Origin: Shigella phage Sf11 SMD-2017 | Sequence record: MF158038 | Length of the DNA stretch: 46,454 nt | Strand: one strand, 5' to 3' | Part shown: one piece after another, positions 33,586 through 44,956 of the stretch | Numbering within the stretch: the stretch's first letter is position 1 | How the letters are laid out: each line of letters opens with the position of its first letter | The notes under the pieces: model-generated | What the model was told of the DNA's origin: nothing | Databases searched by the model: none | What the model saw: the letters and a program-made list of their open reading frames with translations, nothing else | Position numbers and translations under genes: made by a program

Positions 33586-34074
33586 TTATTTTTGTCTCCT
33601 TGTCAGTGATTCGTATTGCTTCTGGCAAGTCAATCCTGCTTCTCTTGCCTTGTCAGCGTAATCTGCCAGCTGTCGATTTCTTTCGACAGATTTGCCGAGC
33701 ACGTCGGCAAGCAAAATTCCGGTATCTGCGACTGGGTTGCCAATGGACTCAGCGGTGGAATATCCAACGAGCTGCTTGCGGATATTTGCGAGCTGTTGCT
33801 GCAACCTGCCAGACTTAGCAGCAGCATTAATGGCATCATTGCGCGCAGCATCAATCCTTTGCCGGGCATCAGCCTGAATTTTCTGTAGTTCTGCATTGCG
33901 CCGTTGCTCCTCTTGTTCATCTGCGGCCTTCTGTTCTGCGATGGCTTTTGCATATCCAGCGGCATATTGCTGTTCACCATAACTGGATACTTTATTTGCT
34001 GCCCAAAGCGCGCCAGCGGCAACAATTATAATAATTGCCAGTGGTCGCCAGTATTTAGCGAGAATCGATATCAT
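33586..34074 (-). CDS. i-spanin (Rz-like)
   Basis: N-terminal TM helix, long coiled-coil periplasmic region; follows endolysin and holin genes. Confidence 0.7.
   Translation of the reverse strand: MISILAKYWRPLAIIIIVAAGALWAANKVSSYGEQQYAAGYAKAIAEQKAADEQEEQRRNAELQKIQADARQRIDAARNDAINAAAKSGRLQQQLANIRKQLVGYSTAESIGNPVADTGILLADVLGKSVERNRQLADYADKAREAGLTCQKQYESLTRRQK
33630..33851 (-). CDS. o-spanin (Rz1-like lipoprotein) embedded in the +1 frame of the Rz-like gene
   Basis: Embedded ORF with lipoprotein signal MLRAMMPLMLLLSLAGC and Pro-rich mature region. Confidence 0.6.
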   Translation of the reverse strand: MLRAMMPLMLLLSLAGCSNSSQISASSSLDIPPLSPLATQSQIPEFCLPTCSANLSKEIDSWQITLTRQEKQD

Positions 34075-34294
34075 CGCGCAGCCTCCGGTTTTCCTTCCTC
34101 ATGCCGTGCATCTTGCCGAGAATACCAACCAGCATGATTGAATAGCTCACACCTTTGACCACGATTGGCGGTAGTGCCGCTTTCAGGTCGTCCGGCATCA
34201 TTACCCACACATGCATCATTGCATCAGGCCATAGCTGCAACAGCGAGCAGAACGAAATCCACGCGCCGAGCAGCCAGTTGCTTAGCTTTTTCAT
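34055..34294 (-). CDS. Holin (two TM segments, charged C-terminus)
   Basis: 79 aa with two hydrophobic helices and RKENRRLRDDIDSR tail; adjacent to endolysin. Confidence 0.6.
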   Translation of the reverse strand: MKKLSNWLLGAWISFCSLLQLWPDAMMHVWVMMPDDLKAALPPIVVKGVSYSIMLVGILGKMHGMRKENRRLRDDIDSR

Positions 34295-34836
34295 GCCACA
34301 ACTCCACCGGCATTCTTGTATACCTGAATCAGCTTATCCAGTTTCTGCTCATGCTGACCATAGCCAGCGCCCGGCAGTGAAGCCCAGCGGGAACGGCATT
34401 TATGAATAGCATCAGCAATGCGCCCAGCCTCAATATCTGCGGTTGCTTTGCATTCTAGGATTAGCTGCATTGCAATAGCGTCCTGCGATGCGGGGGAGAA
34501 GTCAGGCAGGCGCAGTTGCTTTTTGTACGCGTCATAAAACTTAGCCAGCACCTGATAGCGACCGGCGGCAGTGGACTTGATACCCAGCTTTGGCAGACTA
34601 ATCAGCTTGCGCGGATGGCCGGAATAGTCGGTAAACAGCGAGCCACCAACAATCACATCATAACCATGATTATTGGTTTTCTGTCGCCCGTTATCCGTGC
34701 CCTCGCTGTACGCCAGCATATCCAGAAACGCTTTCATGTTTTTGCTAATAGCCATACCAGTAAACCTCTTTTTCAGCTTTGCGTTTTGCTTTGTCGCCAG
34801 TCTTCTCGCCCCATACGATGAAATGCGCAACAGCAC
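34291..34836 (-). CDS. Endolysin, lambda R-like lytic transglycosylase (likely start near 34758)
   Basis: FLDMLAYSEGTDNGRQKTNNHGYDVIVGG...GRYQ...WASLPGAGYGQHE closely resembles phage lambda R. Confidence 0.85.
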   Translation of the reverse strand: MLLRISSYGARRLATKQNAKLKKRFTGMAISKNMKAFLDMLAYSEGTDNGRQKTNNHGYDVIVGGSLFTDYSGHPRKLISLPKLGIKSTAAGRYQVLAKFYDAYKKQLRLPDFSPASQDAIAMQLILECKATADIEAGRIADAIHKCRSRWASLPGAGYGQHEQKLDKLIQVYKNAGGVVA

Positions 34837-35023
34837 ATGAGAAGCAGCGGAGATTGTGCTTCTTCAGAAGTGTTGATTTGCGGAACACGTCAATGCCAAT
34901 GTCGGTGGCAAGACCGGTAAGCGCATCAAACTGATTCTGTGTTGTCTCGGTAGTGATGTAAGGCGATATATCCACGGCATCGGTGATTCCAAGCATCTCT
35001 TTGCCGCGTTGCGATGGTTTCAT
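34745..35023 (-). CDS. Hypothetical protein upstream of the lysis cassette
   Basis: ORF track; no clear TM segment, so not called a holin. Confidence 0.4.
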   Translation of the reverse strand: MKPSQRGKEMLGITDAVDISPYITTETTQNQFDALTGLATDIGIDVFRKSTLLKKHNLRCFSCAVAHFIVWGEKTGDKAKRKAEKEVYWYGY

Positions 35024-35067
35024 TCTGCCTCCTGTTCAAATAATGATTAATTCTATCACAATGGCTA

Positions 35068-35096
35068 TTGACGTAGATTGAGTGGTGGTGCATAGT
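35068..35096 (+). promoter_or_regulatory. Island promoter TTGACG-N17-CATAGT with TGACGTAGATTGAG motif
   Basis: ttgacg 35068-35073, catagt 35091-35096; spacer nearly identical to that of the promoter at 23350. Confidence 0.55.
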
Positions 35097-35115
35097 ATCT
35101 ACATCAAATAGAGAG

Positions 35116-35316
35116 GTGGTAAACATGAGTGCACTTGAGTTGGTTTCTCGTTCGATAATTACGCTGTGGGTTATTTCTTTGGCTTTCGGTCTATGTTCAT
35201 TCTATACGCCATGGGCGTGGCAAAGAAAAAACTACTTCGCCATAATTTACGGCCCATTCTGTGTTATGAGCATGATTGCGGCGCTATTCTTCGTTATTGT
35301 TGGAGTATGGTCATGA
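35116..35316 (+). CDS. Small membrane protein (two TM helices)
   Basis: 66 aa, two hydrophobic segments; RBS agagaggtggtaaacATG. Confidence 0.5.
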   Translation: MVNMSALELVSRSIITLWVISLAFGLCSFYTPWAWQRKNYFAIIYGPFCVMSMIAALFFVIVGVWS

Positions 35317-35455
35317 TGGTAATGATCAAATTCAAAGAAAACGGACGTTGCGGAGTATTCGACCTTGAGCAAATCAAAATCCGTCCGTGCGGGAAGGTGG
35401 TTGCGCCATTTGGTTTGGTGCAAATGCGCGAGTGTGAGATTATGGAGTACATCAA

Positions 35456-35752
35456 ATGACTGGCGGCAATAATCTGTATGCAGAGCGGGATATAGATATC
35501 CTTGATGAAACTGGTGGCTTTTATTCCCAGCACGTTAGCGCCATGACCTCTGAATCATTACACTCAAAATCAGCTATTGCTGCTGAGTTAGCATATCGCG
35601 ACATGCTTATTAACGAGTTAGTTATTGCCGTGCAACAGGTAATTGAATGCTACGATTCTGCGGGTGGCAAAGTCTGGACAACATCAAGCAAGCGTCGTGC
35701 TCTGGATAATGCTCGTGCGGCGGTTAATAAAGCATTGGGAGAAACAAAATGA
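35456..35752 (+). CDS. Hypothetical protein
   Basis: ORF track; ATGA coupling. Confidence 0.45.
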   Translation: MTGGNNLYAERDIDILDETGGFYSQHVSAMTSESLHSKSAIAAELAYRDMLINELVIAVQQVIECYDSAGGKVWTTSSKRRALDNARAAVNKALGETK

Positions 35753-36234
35753 AACAATGCGATCTTTTCCGTGTTCTTAGTTATAACCCTGAATCTGGTG
35801 AATTCACGTGGATTAAATCAAGAAGACATGGGTTTAGCGGTCGAAAGGCTGGGTCGGTAAATGGGAAAGGGTACATACAGATCTGCATTGATGGAAAGCT
35901 TTACCTTGCGCACAGGCTTGCTCTTCTATACGTGACAGGAGAGATGCCAAAGGAGGTGGACCATATTAACAGGGTGAGAGATGACAATAGATTATGCAAC
36001 TTAAGGCCATGCACTTCATCTGAAAATAAGCACAACAAGGATATCACATCCAGAAACAAAACAGGGATAAAGGGCGTCAGCTGGTATCCTGCCGGAAATT
36101 CATGGAGAGTAAGGATATGCGTAAATAAAACACAGATTCATCTGGGCTACTACGAAGACATTGAGCTGGCAGAGCTTGTGTCACAAGAGGCGAGAATTAA
36201 ATACGCAGGAGATTTTAATTATGAAGCTTATTGA
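35749..36234 (+). CDS. HNH homing endonuclease with AP2-like DNA-binding domain
   Basis: HRLALLY...EVDHINRVRDDNRLCNLR...ENKHN HNH motif; GIKGVSWYPAGNSWRVRI AP2-like motif; paralogue of 42818..43348. Confidence 0.75.
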   Translation: MKQCDLFRVLSYNPESGEFTWIKSRRHGFSGRKAGSVNGKGYIQICIDGKLYLAHRLALLYVTGEMPKEVDHINRVRDDNRLCNLRPCTSSENKHNKDITSRNKTGIKGVSWYPAGNSWRVRICVNKTQIHLGYYEDIELAELVSQEARIKYAGDFNYEAY

Positions 36235-37060
36235 TTTACTGGTTAAAGAATTGCCTAAGCGTGGCGGGTGGCCTGATGGTGCTGAGTACGCAAGGGTAAC
36301 AGGATTTGGTGGTGAGAAAATTTTGGTAGATTTTCTTTTTCCAGAAGCATACAACAAGCTCAGCTACTCTATTGGAATTATTGCATGTCACCTTGTTGAT
36401 GCAGGTGCGGATGTTGATTATCACATGATACGTCGCGATTCGTATGAATCCGCACTCGCGGCATCGAAAAAGCCAGCATGGAACGGCGAGGGCCTGCCGC
36501 CTGTTGGGTGCGAGTGCGAGGTGTCAGTGGATGGCGGCCGCTCATGGTGTACATACAGAGCAGAGAAAATTTTGGTAGATTTTCTTTTTCCAGAAGCATA
36601 CAACAAGCTCAGCTACTCTATTGGAATTATTGCATGTCACCTTGTTGATGCAGGTGCGGATGTTGATTATCACATGATACGTCGCGATTCGTATGAATCC
36701 GCACTCGCGGCATCGAAAAAGCCAGCATGGAACGGCGAGGGCCTGCCGCCTGTTGGGTGCGAGTGCGAGGTGTCAGTGGATGGCGGCCGCTCATGGTGTA
36801 CATACAGAGCGATAAACGAGAAAAATGGAGTTCGGCTAATTGAAATTGGTAACTTAACGGAAGAATTTCAAAATAACAACTGGATTTTCCGCCCACTCCG
36901 CACTGAAGCGGAAAGGAAGCGTGAAGCTGCGGCGAAAGAAATGGCTCGCCACGCCAACGAAGATGCACATCGCAAATTCAATGCTGGATTAAGAAATTGC
37001 CTGTCAATTTACGACGCAATCGCAGCAGGCAAGATTCCTGGCGTGAAACTGGAGGATTGA
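36161..37060 (+). CDS. Hypothetical protein containing a perfect 83-aa tandem duplication (likely start ATG 36221)
   Basis: Protein segment EKILVDFLFPEAYNK...GGRSWCTYRA occurs twice consecutively; DNA 36314-36561 equals 36563-36810. Confidence 0.55.
   Translation: MSWQSLCHKRRELNTQEILIMKLIDLLVKELPKRGGWPDGAEYARVTGFGGEKILVDFLFPEAYNKLSYSIGIIACHLVDAGADVDYHMIRRDSYESALAASKKPAWNGEGLPPVGCECEVSVDGGRSWCTYRAEKILVDFLFPEAYNKLSYSIGIIACHLVDAGADVDYHMIRRDSYESALAASKKPAWNGEGLPPVGCECEVSVDGGRSWCTYRAINEKNGVRLIEIGNLTEEFQNNNWIFRPLRTEAERKREAAAKEMARHANEDAHRKFNAGLRNCLSIYDAIAAGKIPGVKLED
36314..36811 (+). repeat. Perfect 2 x 249-bp in-frame tandem duplication
   Basis: Direct comparison: period 249 bp, 248/248 identical positions in the core. 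Confidence 0.9.
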
Positions 37061-37265
37061 TATGTATAAAATGAGCAAGAAAAGCCTCATTGGCAGGATT
37101 GCACTTCTTCCTGTGTTTTTACCGGTCATCGCACTTGAATTGATTTTAAATAAGGCTGACGACTGGAGTTTTTCTATCAGAAGGCTAAGAAGGCGAATGG
37201 AAAAGTTTGCTGATGATAAGTTTTCATTGGCAAACGATAAAAGACAAACATTTAAACCCAAGCCC

Positions 37266-39612
<2,347 letters not shown>

Positions 39613-39657
39613 TCACCAATAAAAAATCCCATCACGTTGGATGGGATTATAGCATGG

Positions 39658-39954
39658 TCACTTGTTGCGATTTCGATTTCTGTATGCCGGATAGGATTTT
39701 GACAGAGGCCACACCCAGAATTTACAAAGCATTTCATCGTAGCTTGGTAGCACCTCATGGAATCGCTTACCAGCCGCGTATCCATCATGGTCTTCTTCAT
39801 AGAAGTAGTCTATAAATTTTCCCCTGATAATATAAACAAGTTGATTTCTTATCAGGATGTAAACGAAGAACACCGTAACGATAAGAGTAAGAATCATAGC
39901 TGCCATTGTCTCACCTTTATTTAATGCATTGATACAACAGGAGCGGCACAACAC
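39658..39954 (-). CDS. Hypothetical membrane protein (likely start near 39906)
   Basis: N-terminal TM helix MAAMILTLIVTVFFVYILI. Confidence 0.4.
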   Translation of the reverse strand: MLCRSCCINALNKGETMAAMILTLIVTVFFVYILIRNQLVYIIRGKFIDYFYEEDHDGYAAGKRFHEVLPSYDEMLCKFWVWPLSKSYPAYRNRNRNK

Positions 39955-40077
39955 CAGTCACCACAGCGAAAAATGAACCAACTATAAAGTGAATCCATCT
40001 TGGCTCATTCACTCTGGCAGCCATAGCCCACCAGAACATAAAGCTCAATGGAATCCAGAACGACCAGAATAGTGTCA

Positions 40078-40263
40078 TCACTCCACCTTTTCGAATTTAT
40101 CAATGATAACGTCACGACCGTCGCTTTCGTATTTTTCTACCATTGCTGATTCAAAAAACCAGTCAAATGCTTCTTGAGGGCTAGAGGCATCGCCAATTGC
40201 GCATACCTTAGTAACAACATTGCCACCATTAAGCACTTCAGCATGAATAAAATAAACGCTCAT
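40078..40263 (-). CDS. Hypothetical small protein
   Basis: ORF track. Confidence 0.4.
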   Translation of the reverse strand: MSVYFIHAEVLNGGNVVTKVCAIGDASSPQEAFDWFFESAMVEKYESDGRDVIIDKFEKVE

Positions 40264-40434
40264 TACTCAATCTCCTCACCATTAACCCATCGTTGCAGGA
40301 CTTCTATTAACTGAGCGGCTTGGTGTTTATCAATCCTGACATAATCGCCAGTGAAATCCTGCACGCAAATGGTATCGTAATCCGTGAACACATTAATTGC
40401 CATGCAGTTAACTGTTTCCTCAATTTTCATAACA

Positions 40435-40641
40435 TCACCCCCTCAAAAAATCATTCTTGCAGCAGATACCCTTGTACCCACGTTTCTCTTGCAGGTTAAC
40501 GAAAACATCATCCAGAACGCGCAGTAAAAAATCCTCGTCGATATCATACCGACGGCAAATCACATCATCAGGCACACCAGCCCGCGCCAGTGAATAAACC
40601 TGCTCTTTTTCCTCCTGTGTGAATCCTGCATAGCTGCGCAT
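40435..40641 (-). CDS. Hypothetical small protein
   Basis: ORF track; downstream of minus-strand promoter 40672-40700. Confidence 0.45.
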   Translation of the reverse strand: MRSYAGFTQEEKEQVYSLARAGVPDDVICRRYDIDEDFLLRVLDDVFVNLQEKRGYKGICCKNDFLRG

Positions 40642-40671
40642 AATGATATCTCCGATAAGCCTGATGTAGAT

Positions 40672-40700
40672 ATACTATGCGCTCGGTGTAGATTGGTCAA
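40672..40700 (-). promoter_or_regulatory. Minus-strand promoter (TTGACC-N17-TAGTAT) divergent from the plus promoter at 40735
   Basis: ggtcaa 40695-40700 and atacta 40672-40677 on plus strand; region dense in GTAGAT motifs. Confidence 0.5.
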
Positions 40701-40734
40701 GTGTGGTGATGAGGATTTGTCAACAATAATAAAT

Positions 40735-40764
40735 GTTGACGTAGATATGTGAGTGATGTAGATT
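40735..40764 (+). promoter_or_regulatory. Island promoter TTGACG-N18-TAGATT
   Basis: ttgacg 40735-40740, tagatt 40759-40764. Confidence 0.55.
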
Positions 40765-40808
40765 GTAATCATTGATGCAGCAATGGTGCTGCTGAAAAAG
40801 AGGGCTGG

Positions 40809-41369
40809 ATGATGGGATGCGATATTCATTTATACAAAGAGAAAATGATTGATGGGAAATGGGTTTCCGCTGACACATGGGTTAAGGAAGAGGACTGGGA
40901 TGGCGCAGAATACTTTGAGGTGCCTTGGCGCGAAAGATTCACCGATCGCAACTACAATCTCTTTGCTGAGCATCCTTACTCATTCACCGAGCGTGGAATA
41001 CCGTTTGATGTATGCACAGAGATTGCAGAAAATATTAATCGCTGTGGTTGTGACGGCCATTCTCATAGCTATCTTTATCTGCATGAGTTGAAATGCATGT
41101 TGGAATTTCTTGAAACTGTCACGGTGAATGTTTCAGGAATGAAAGATAAAGACCAACTGGAAGAGCTGCGTAAGTCAATCGCAAGCGGCAACCCTGACTG
41201 GAACCTATTGTGGCCATACTGTGGGTGGGCAAGCAGTGATAAATACGAAGAGTTCGACATTGATGTTCCAGCAAATGTAATGCTTGGTGATGGCCTGAAA
41301 AAAATCATCTCTGGATTTGATGGCATTGATGGCGAAAATCATCGAATCGTGTTCTGGTTCGATAACTAA
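40809..41369 (+). CDS. Hypothetical protein (single-gene plus-strand island)
   Basis: 186 aa ORF with own promoter and terminator; Cys/His-rich segment CGCDGHSHSY. Confidence 0.55.
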   Translation: MMGCDIHLYKEKMIDGKWVSADTWVKEEDWDGAEYFEVPWRERFTDRNYNLFAEHPYSFTERGIPFDVCTEIAENINRCGCDGHSHSYLYLHELKCMLEFLETVTVNVSGMKDKDQLEELRKSIASGNPDWNLLWPYCGWASSDKYEEFDIDVPANVMLGDGLKKIISGFDGIDGENHRIVFWFDN

Positions 41370-41375
41370 AAAATA

Positions 41376-41398
41376 AAGCCCTCAATCGAGGGCTTTAT
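41376..41398. terminator. Bidirectional terminator (agccctcaatcgagggct)
   Basis: GC hairpin with flanking A/T runs between convergent genes. Confidence 0.65.
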
Positions 41399-41400
41399 TT

Positions 41401-42825
41401 TTATCGCCTGCGACGGATTAGCATTCCGCTACCGCGCTGAACGATATGGTCTCCAAGGCCATATCGTAAACTATCAATCGCGTGATTGTATTTATCAACT
41501 ATGTCGGGGAGTATGTTCCCTGTTAATTTATCCACCTTGTAGCTGTACATTGTCATTTCTTCAATAACGTGCTTGCATCTTGAGTGTACGTAAATCCTGT
41601 CACACCCACGAAGCCATGTAATACCATCTTCAATACTCCCCGGCCATTTTGCGCACGGATGAATATCGAATCCAGATCGGCGTATATGGCTTATTGTCTC
41701 AGGGCGAGCGCAATCCCCATACCATCTGTACTTTTCTGAATTTGGGAAGGCCGAGCGCATCGCCTCCGGTGTGTCAGTTATCTCGAGACCAACCTTTGCA
41801 AAGTCGCGGTAGATATACAGGTTTCTTCTTCCGCCGCCCAAATCCTCGACATAAGATTCAGTTGCTGCCGTAGCATCCTGTGAGAAACCAAAGTCAATAC
41901 CATAGTAAGGCCCGCCCCAATCTGGCGACGGCTCAAAATCAAGAGTCTGCCATTTACCCCCAAGCACAGCTTCATCTGAACGCCGGTTAAATAACCCCTC
42001 ATAAACCCACAGATAGCGATCATAATCAACCGCCTTCATCTGGTTCATATGCTGTTTAAGTTCCTCGGTAAACCAGGGGTTATGGATGTAGTTAACGTTC
42101 ACAACGACAATATCATCATCCTGATATATCCCATCAACCATCTTATCCACATACGGCTCAACAAAGTTTGTCCACGTGGGATCGGTTTCCCGATTGGGGT
42201 TAAAAACAATAATAATTTCAGAGCCAGAGGCGCGAACTGTAGGAATGAGTGTATCCCATGACACCTGACTAATGTTCTCCGACTCCTCGCAGAACACATC
42301 GGTAAGTCCAGCCATCCCTTTAATGGCCGTGATGTTGCGCCACATGCCCCGGAATACGAACTTTGACCGCGTGCCGTGGTGGGTTATCTCGCCATCGACG
42401 CACCGGTATTCCTGAGCGTGTCCCTTCCTGTTAATTTCATCGACCAGCTCGGCGTAGCTGGACTCCTTGATTGAGTTCTGAATTTCCCGGAAGCAGCCAA
42501 CCCTGCAATTTCTGAATCTTGCCTTTTCGATAAGATAGGAAACGACGTTAGCCGTTTTGCCGCTGCCCCTTCCGCCATAGAAGACCTTAAACCGGCGCGG
42601 ATAAAGCAAAAGCTCCATGCGTTCAGGGATTAATATTGTTGGCTCTTCAGTTGTCTCTGATACGCCATCTTGAGTCATTTTAAGTCGCTTGATAACATTT
42701 GGCGTGCCATCATCAAGCAGCTTATCGACAATGCCGAAAACAGCAGAGTCTGGCTTCTCCATGGAGTTACCAACCGCTTCTTCCAGCTTTTCGATTGCCA
42801 CACTTGAGAGTCTTTTTCTAGCCAT
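41401..42825 (-). CDS. terL: Terminase large subunit
   Basis: Walker A YGGRGSGKT; C-terminal nuclease motifs (GIDFG, DKYNHAIDSLRY); 474 aa. Confidence 0.9.
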   Translation of the reverse strand: MARKRLSSVAIEKLEEAVGNSMEKPDSAVFGIVDKLLDDGTPNVIKRLKMTQDGVSETTEEPTILIPERMELLLYPRRFKVFYGGRGSGKTANVVSYLIEKARFRNCRVGCFREIQNSIKESSYAELVDEINRKGHAQEYRCVDGEITHHGTRSKFVFRGMWRNITAIKGMAGLTDVFCEESENISQVSWDTLIPTVRASGSEIIIVFNPNRETDPTWTNFVEPYVDKMVDGIYQDDDIVVVNVNYIHNPWFTEELKQHMNQMKAVDYDRYLWVYEGLFNRRSDEAVLGGKWQTLDFEPSPDWGGPYYGIDFGFSQDATAATESYVEDLGGGRRNLYIYRDFAKVGLEITDTPEAMRSAFPNSEKYRWYGDCARPETISHIRRSGFDIHPCAKWPGSIEDGITWLRGCDRIYVHSRCKHVIEEMTMYSYKVDKLTGNILPDIVDKYNHAIDSLRYGLGDHIVQRGSGMLIRRRR

Positions 42826-43348
42826 GATTAAAAAACTCCCCGTGATGTTTCTCTCTTTCTTCCATTATCTTTTTGACTGCATCTTCAATGTTGGCGAACC
42901 TGCCAAGATTAACCATCCTGCCATTTATATTTAATCTTGCCATCCACTTGCATCTTGATTTATCCCAATACACACCCTTAACCCCTGACGTGTTGTTTGC
43001 CTGTAGCTTTTTGTTGTAACCATTTTGTTGATGGTCAGCCTCTCGCAGATTAACAAAACGATTATCAAGCGTATTGTTGTTTATGTGGTCTATTTCTTTT
43101 TCAGGCCAACTACCAGTCATATAAAGCCAAGCCAGCCTATGCGATCTATACCACTTTCTTCCAAAATGAATATAGTGATACGGTCGCTTGCTACCAACGG
43201 TGCCGCATAATTTTATTGTTCCTGCTGGCTTCCCGGGCTTAGCCCTTCCCTGCTTGTGTGGGTTTTTCCATGTAAAAATTCCGGTGTCAGGATTGTAATC
43301 AAGGATGTGTTTTAATTCTGCTTGCGTAAGCATATATAGATTCCTCAT
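42818..43348 (-). CDS. HNH homing endonuclease with AP2-like domain, between terS and terL
   Basis: HRLAWLY...EIDHINNNTLDNRFVNLR...DHQQN HNH motif; GVKGVYWDKSRCKWMARL AP2-like motif. Confidence 0.75.
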   Translation of the reverse strand: MRNLYMLTQAELKHILDYNPDTGIFTWKNPHKQGRAKPGKPAGTIKLCGTVGSKRPYHYIHFGRKWYRSHRLAWLYMTGSWPEKEIDHINNNTLDNRFVNLREADHQQNGYNKKLQANNTSGVKGVYWDKSRCKWMARLNINGRMVNLGRFANIEDAVKKIMEEREKHHGEFFNHG

Positions 43349-43432
43349 CAGGGCATCATTGAAGTGAATGCGGCAGGCGGTGATGAGTCGCTTTTCGGGT
43401 GCCCCCTAGCCGCATTAATTATTATAAATCAG

Positions 43433-43876
43433 TTACTGTTGTTGCTCCAGTAACTTCTCCAGTCGCTCAAGGCGCGCGGCGAGTTCGGTTAACTCTTTCA
43501 CGTCAAGCCCAACCTTAATCATAGATACAACCTGAGACGCCACGTCAATTGGAAGTTCTCCACTGGAAACTGATTGAATGACGTCCTCTATCTGCTCTAC
43601 TGGCGTGGCATCTTTGCGGTATTTAAAATTAACCGGAGGCGCCATGCTTTTTTGTACGGGGCTGATGCGCAGGAATATTTCCTTCAGCATTTGCACGCCT
43701 TGAGTCGGGTTTTCCTCAGTCATCTTGATTGACGTCCTGATGAATGCGTCAAGGAATTCCTCCTCGCCAAGCCCGCAGCGCTTTAATGCTTCAATGAGCC
43801 TGTTTCTGTAGCTTAATCCTCTGCCAGCAGGCTGGTATTCAGAGGAAAATTTCATTACTGGGTTTGGATTAGCCAT
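43433..43876 (-). CDS. terS: Terminase small subunit (positional)
   Basis: 147 aa upstream of terL (separated by the HNH gene), C-terminal coiled coil. Confidence 0.55.
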   Translation of the reverse strand: MANPNPVMKFSSEYQPAGRGLSYRNRLIEALKRCGLGEEEFLDAFIRTSIKMTEENPTQGVQMLKEIFLRISPVQKSMAPPVNFKYRKDATPVEQIEDVIQSVSSGELPIDVASQVVSMIKVGLDVKELTELAARLERLEKLLEQQQ

Positions 43877-43923
43877 TTCTTTTCGTCTTTTCGTATTTCG
43901 ATATCGTTAGTTTAACACAGATA

Positions 43924-43950
43924 AAAAAGAACCCGCACAAGGCGGGTTAA
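43924..43950 (-). terminator. Intrinsic terminator ending the leftward early operon (aacccgccttgtgcgggtt + T-run on minus strand)
   Basis: Hairpin followed by T-run when read on the minus strand. Confidence 0.6.
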
Positions 43951-43992
43951 AGGTTGGGTGATGATATGAGTGAAGCAATGGTGGTTATGCGA

Positions 43993-44232
43993 TTATTGTA
44001 CACCATCATTATCACGCTTGCCAGCATAGCACCATGCGTTTTCATCACGAGTCTGCACATGAACGATTTCAAGCGCATCAGGGAATGTCTTTGCCACCTT
44101 CGCGATGAAGTCATCCAGTTCGTGCTGCTTTGCGAGGTGCCAGACTTTCGCTTTAGTGGTTTGCATTAGCAAAAGCCCTCGTTGAGCACATGCACTTAAT
44201 GTCATGAACACCAGCAGCAGGAACAACCTCAA
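43993..44232 (-). CDS. Putative lipoprotein (start uncertain; overlaps neighbouring ORF)
   Basis: N-terminal MRLFLLLVFMTLSAC lipobox-like signal. Confidence 0.35.
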   Translation of the reverse strand: MRLFLLLVFMTLSACAQRGLLLMQTTKAKVWHLAKQHELDDFIAKVAKTFPDALEIVHVQTRDENAWCYAGKRDNDGVQ

Positions 44233-44383
44233 TGTAATTACCTATCTGTACCATCATGTAGTGACACGTTTTCATGCTATCCCAGTAGCGTTCCCACATG
44301 TTTTGCATTGCGTCGCCAATGTCGTTAAACATAATACAAAACTCCTGAGATAGCTTCCACCAGTGCCAGAGCATAAACAGCAA
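44153..44383 (-). CDS. Hypothetical protein
   Basis: ORF track; Trp/Met-rich. Confidence 0.35.
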   Translation of the reverse strand: MLFMLWHWWKLSQEFCIMFNDIGDAMQNMWERYWDSMKTCHYMMVQIGNYIEVVPAAGVHDIKCMCSTRAFANANH

Positions 44384-44428
44384 GGAAGATTTTAGCGCCA
44401 GTAGTGTATCGGCGTCGTTGGTGTCTGG

Positions 44429-44629
44429 TCATTTGTCATTCTCCCGACCGAGGTATGAAAGAGACGTAACCGCATGGACTGCGAATCCATCACGATTAAT
44501 TAAACCTTTCAGCACCTCAAGGTCTTCTTGTGATTTAATCCTGAAGTTAATCTGAGCAATCCCTGACATTGAGGCCGCTCCACCTTTTGTTATGGCGTTG
44601 TAATGATAAATATATCTATTGCTCATCAA
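44429..44629 (-). CDS. Hypothetical protein
   Basis: ORF track. Confidence 0.4.
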   Translation of the reverse strand: MMSNRYIYHYNAITKGGAASMSGIAQINFRIKSQEDLEVLKGLINRDGFAVHAVTSLSYLGRENDK

Positions 44630-44689
44630 TACATCTCCACTAAAGCGTGCGCCACATATAGCGCACTGATAATTAATATGAACGGGTAG

Positions 44690-44956
44690 CTATTCACTTT
44701 TCAGGCACTCTACGCAAGTGCCGTTGATGAAGTGATGCTTGTGATCGCTGAGACTTTCGAATTGCTGGTGGGTAGTGTCATGATTCACCTCAAGAAGCCA
44801 TGAAGCAAACTTCTTGCTGATAGAAATCTCATTAACAATTCTGTTGAATTCAGCATCATCATTAACAGGGACTGGCACAAACCTGATGCCTGCTGATGCA
44901 AGCGCATTAGCCATCTCAAGTGATTGCCTTAATTCAACTGGCGATGCTCTGTTCAT
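44690..44956 (-). CDS. Hypothetical protein with C-terminal Cys/His cluster
   Basis: ORF track; HxxxxxGTCVEC motif. Confidence 0.4.
   Translation of the reverse strand: MNRASPVELRQSLEMANALASAGIRFVPVPVNDDAEFNRIVNEISISKKFASWLLEVNHDTTHQQFESLSDHKHHFINGTCVECLKSE

Noticed and set aside
43954-44169. 71-aa plus-strand ORF
   Set aside because: Antisense within the leftward early operon where all neighbouring genes are on the minus strand.
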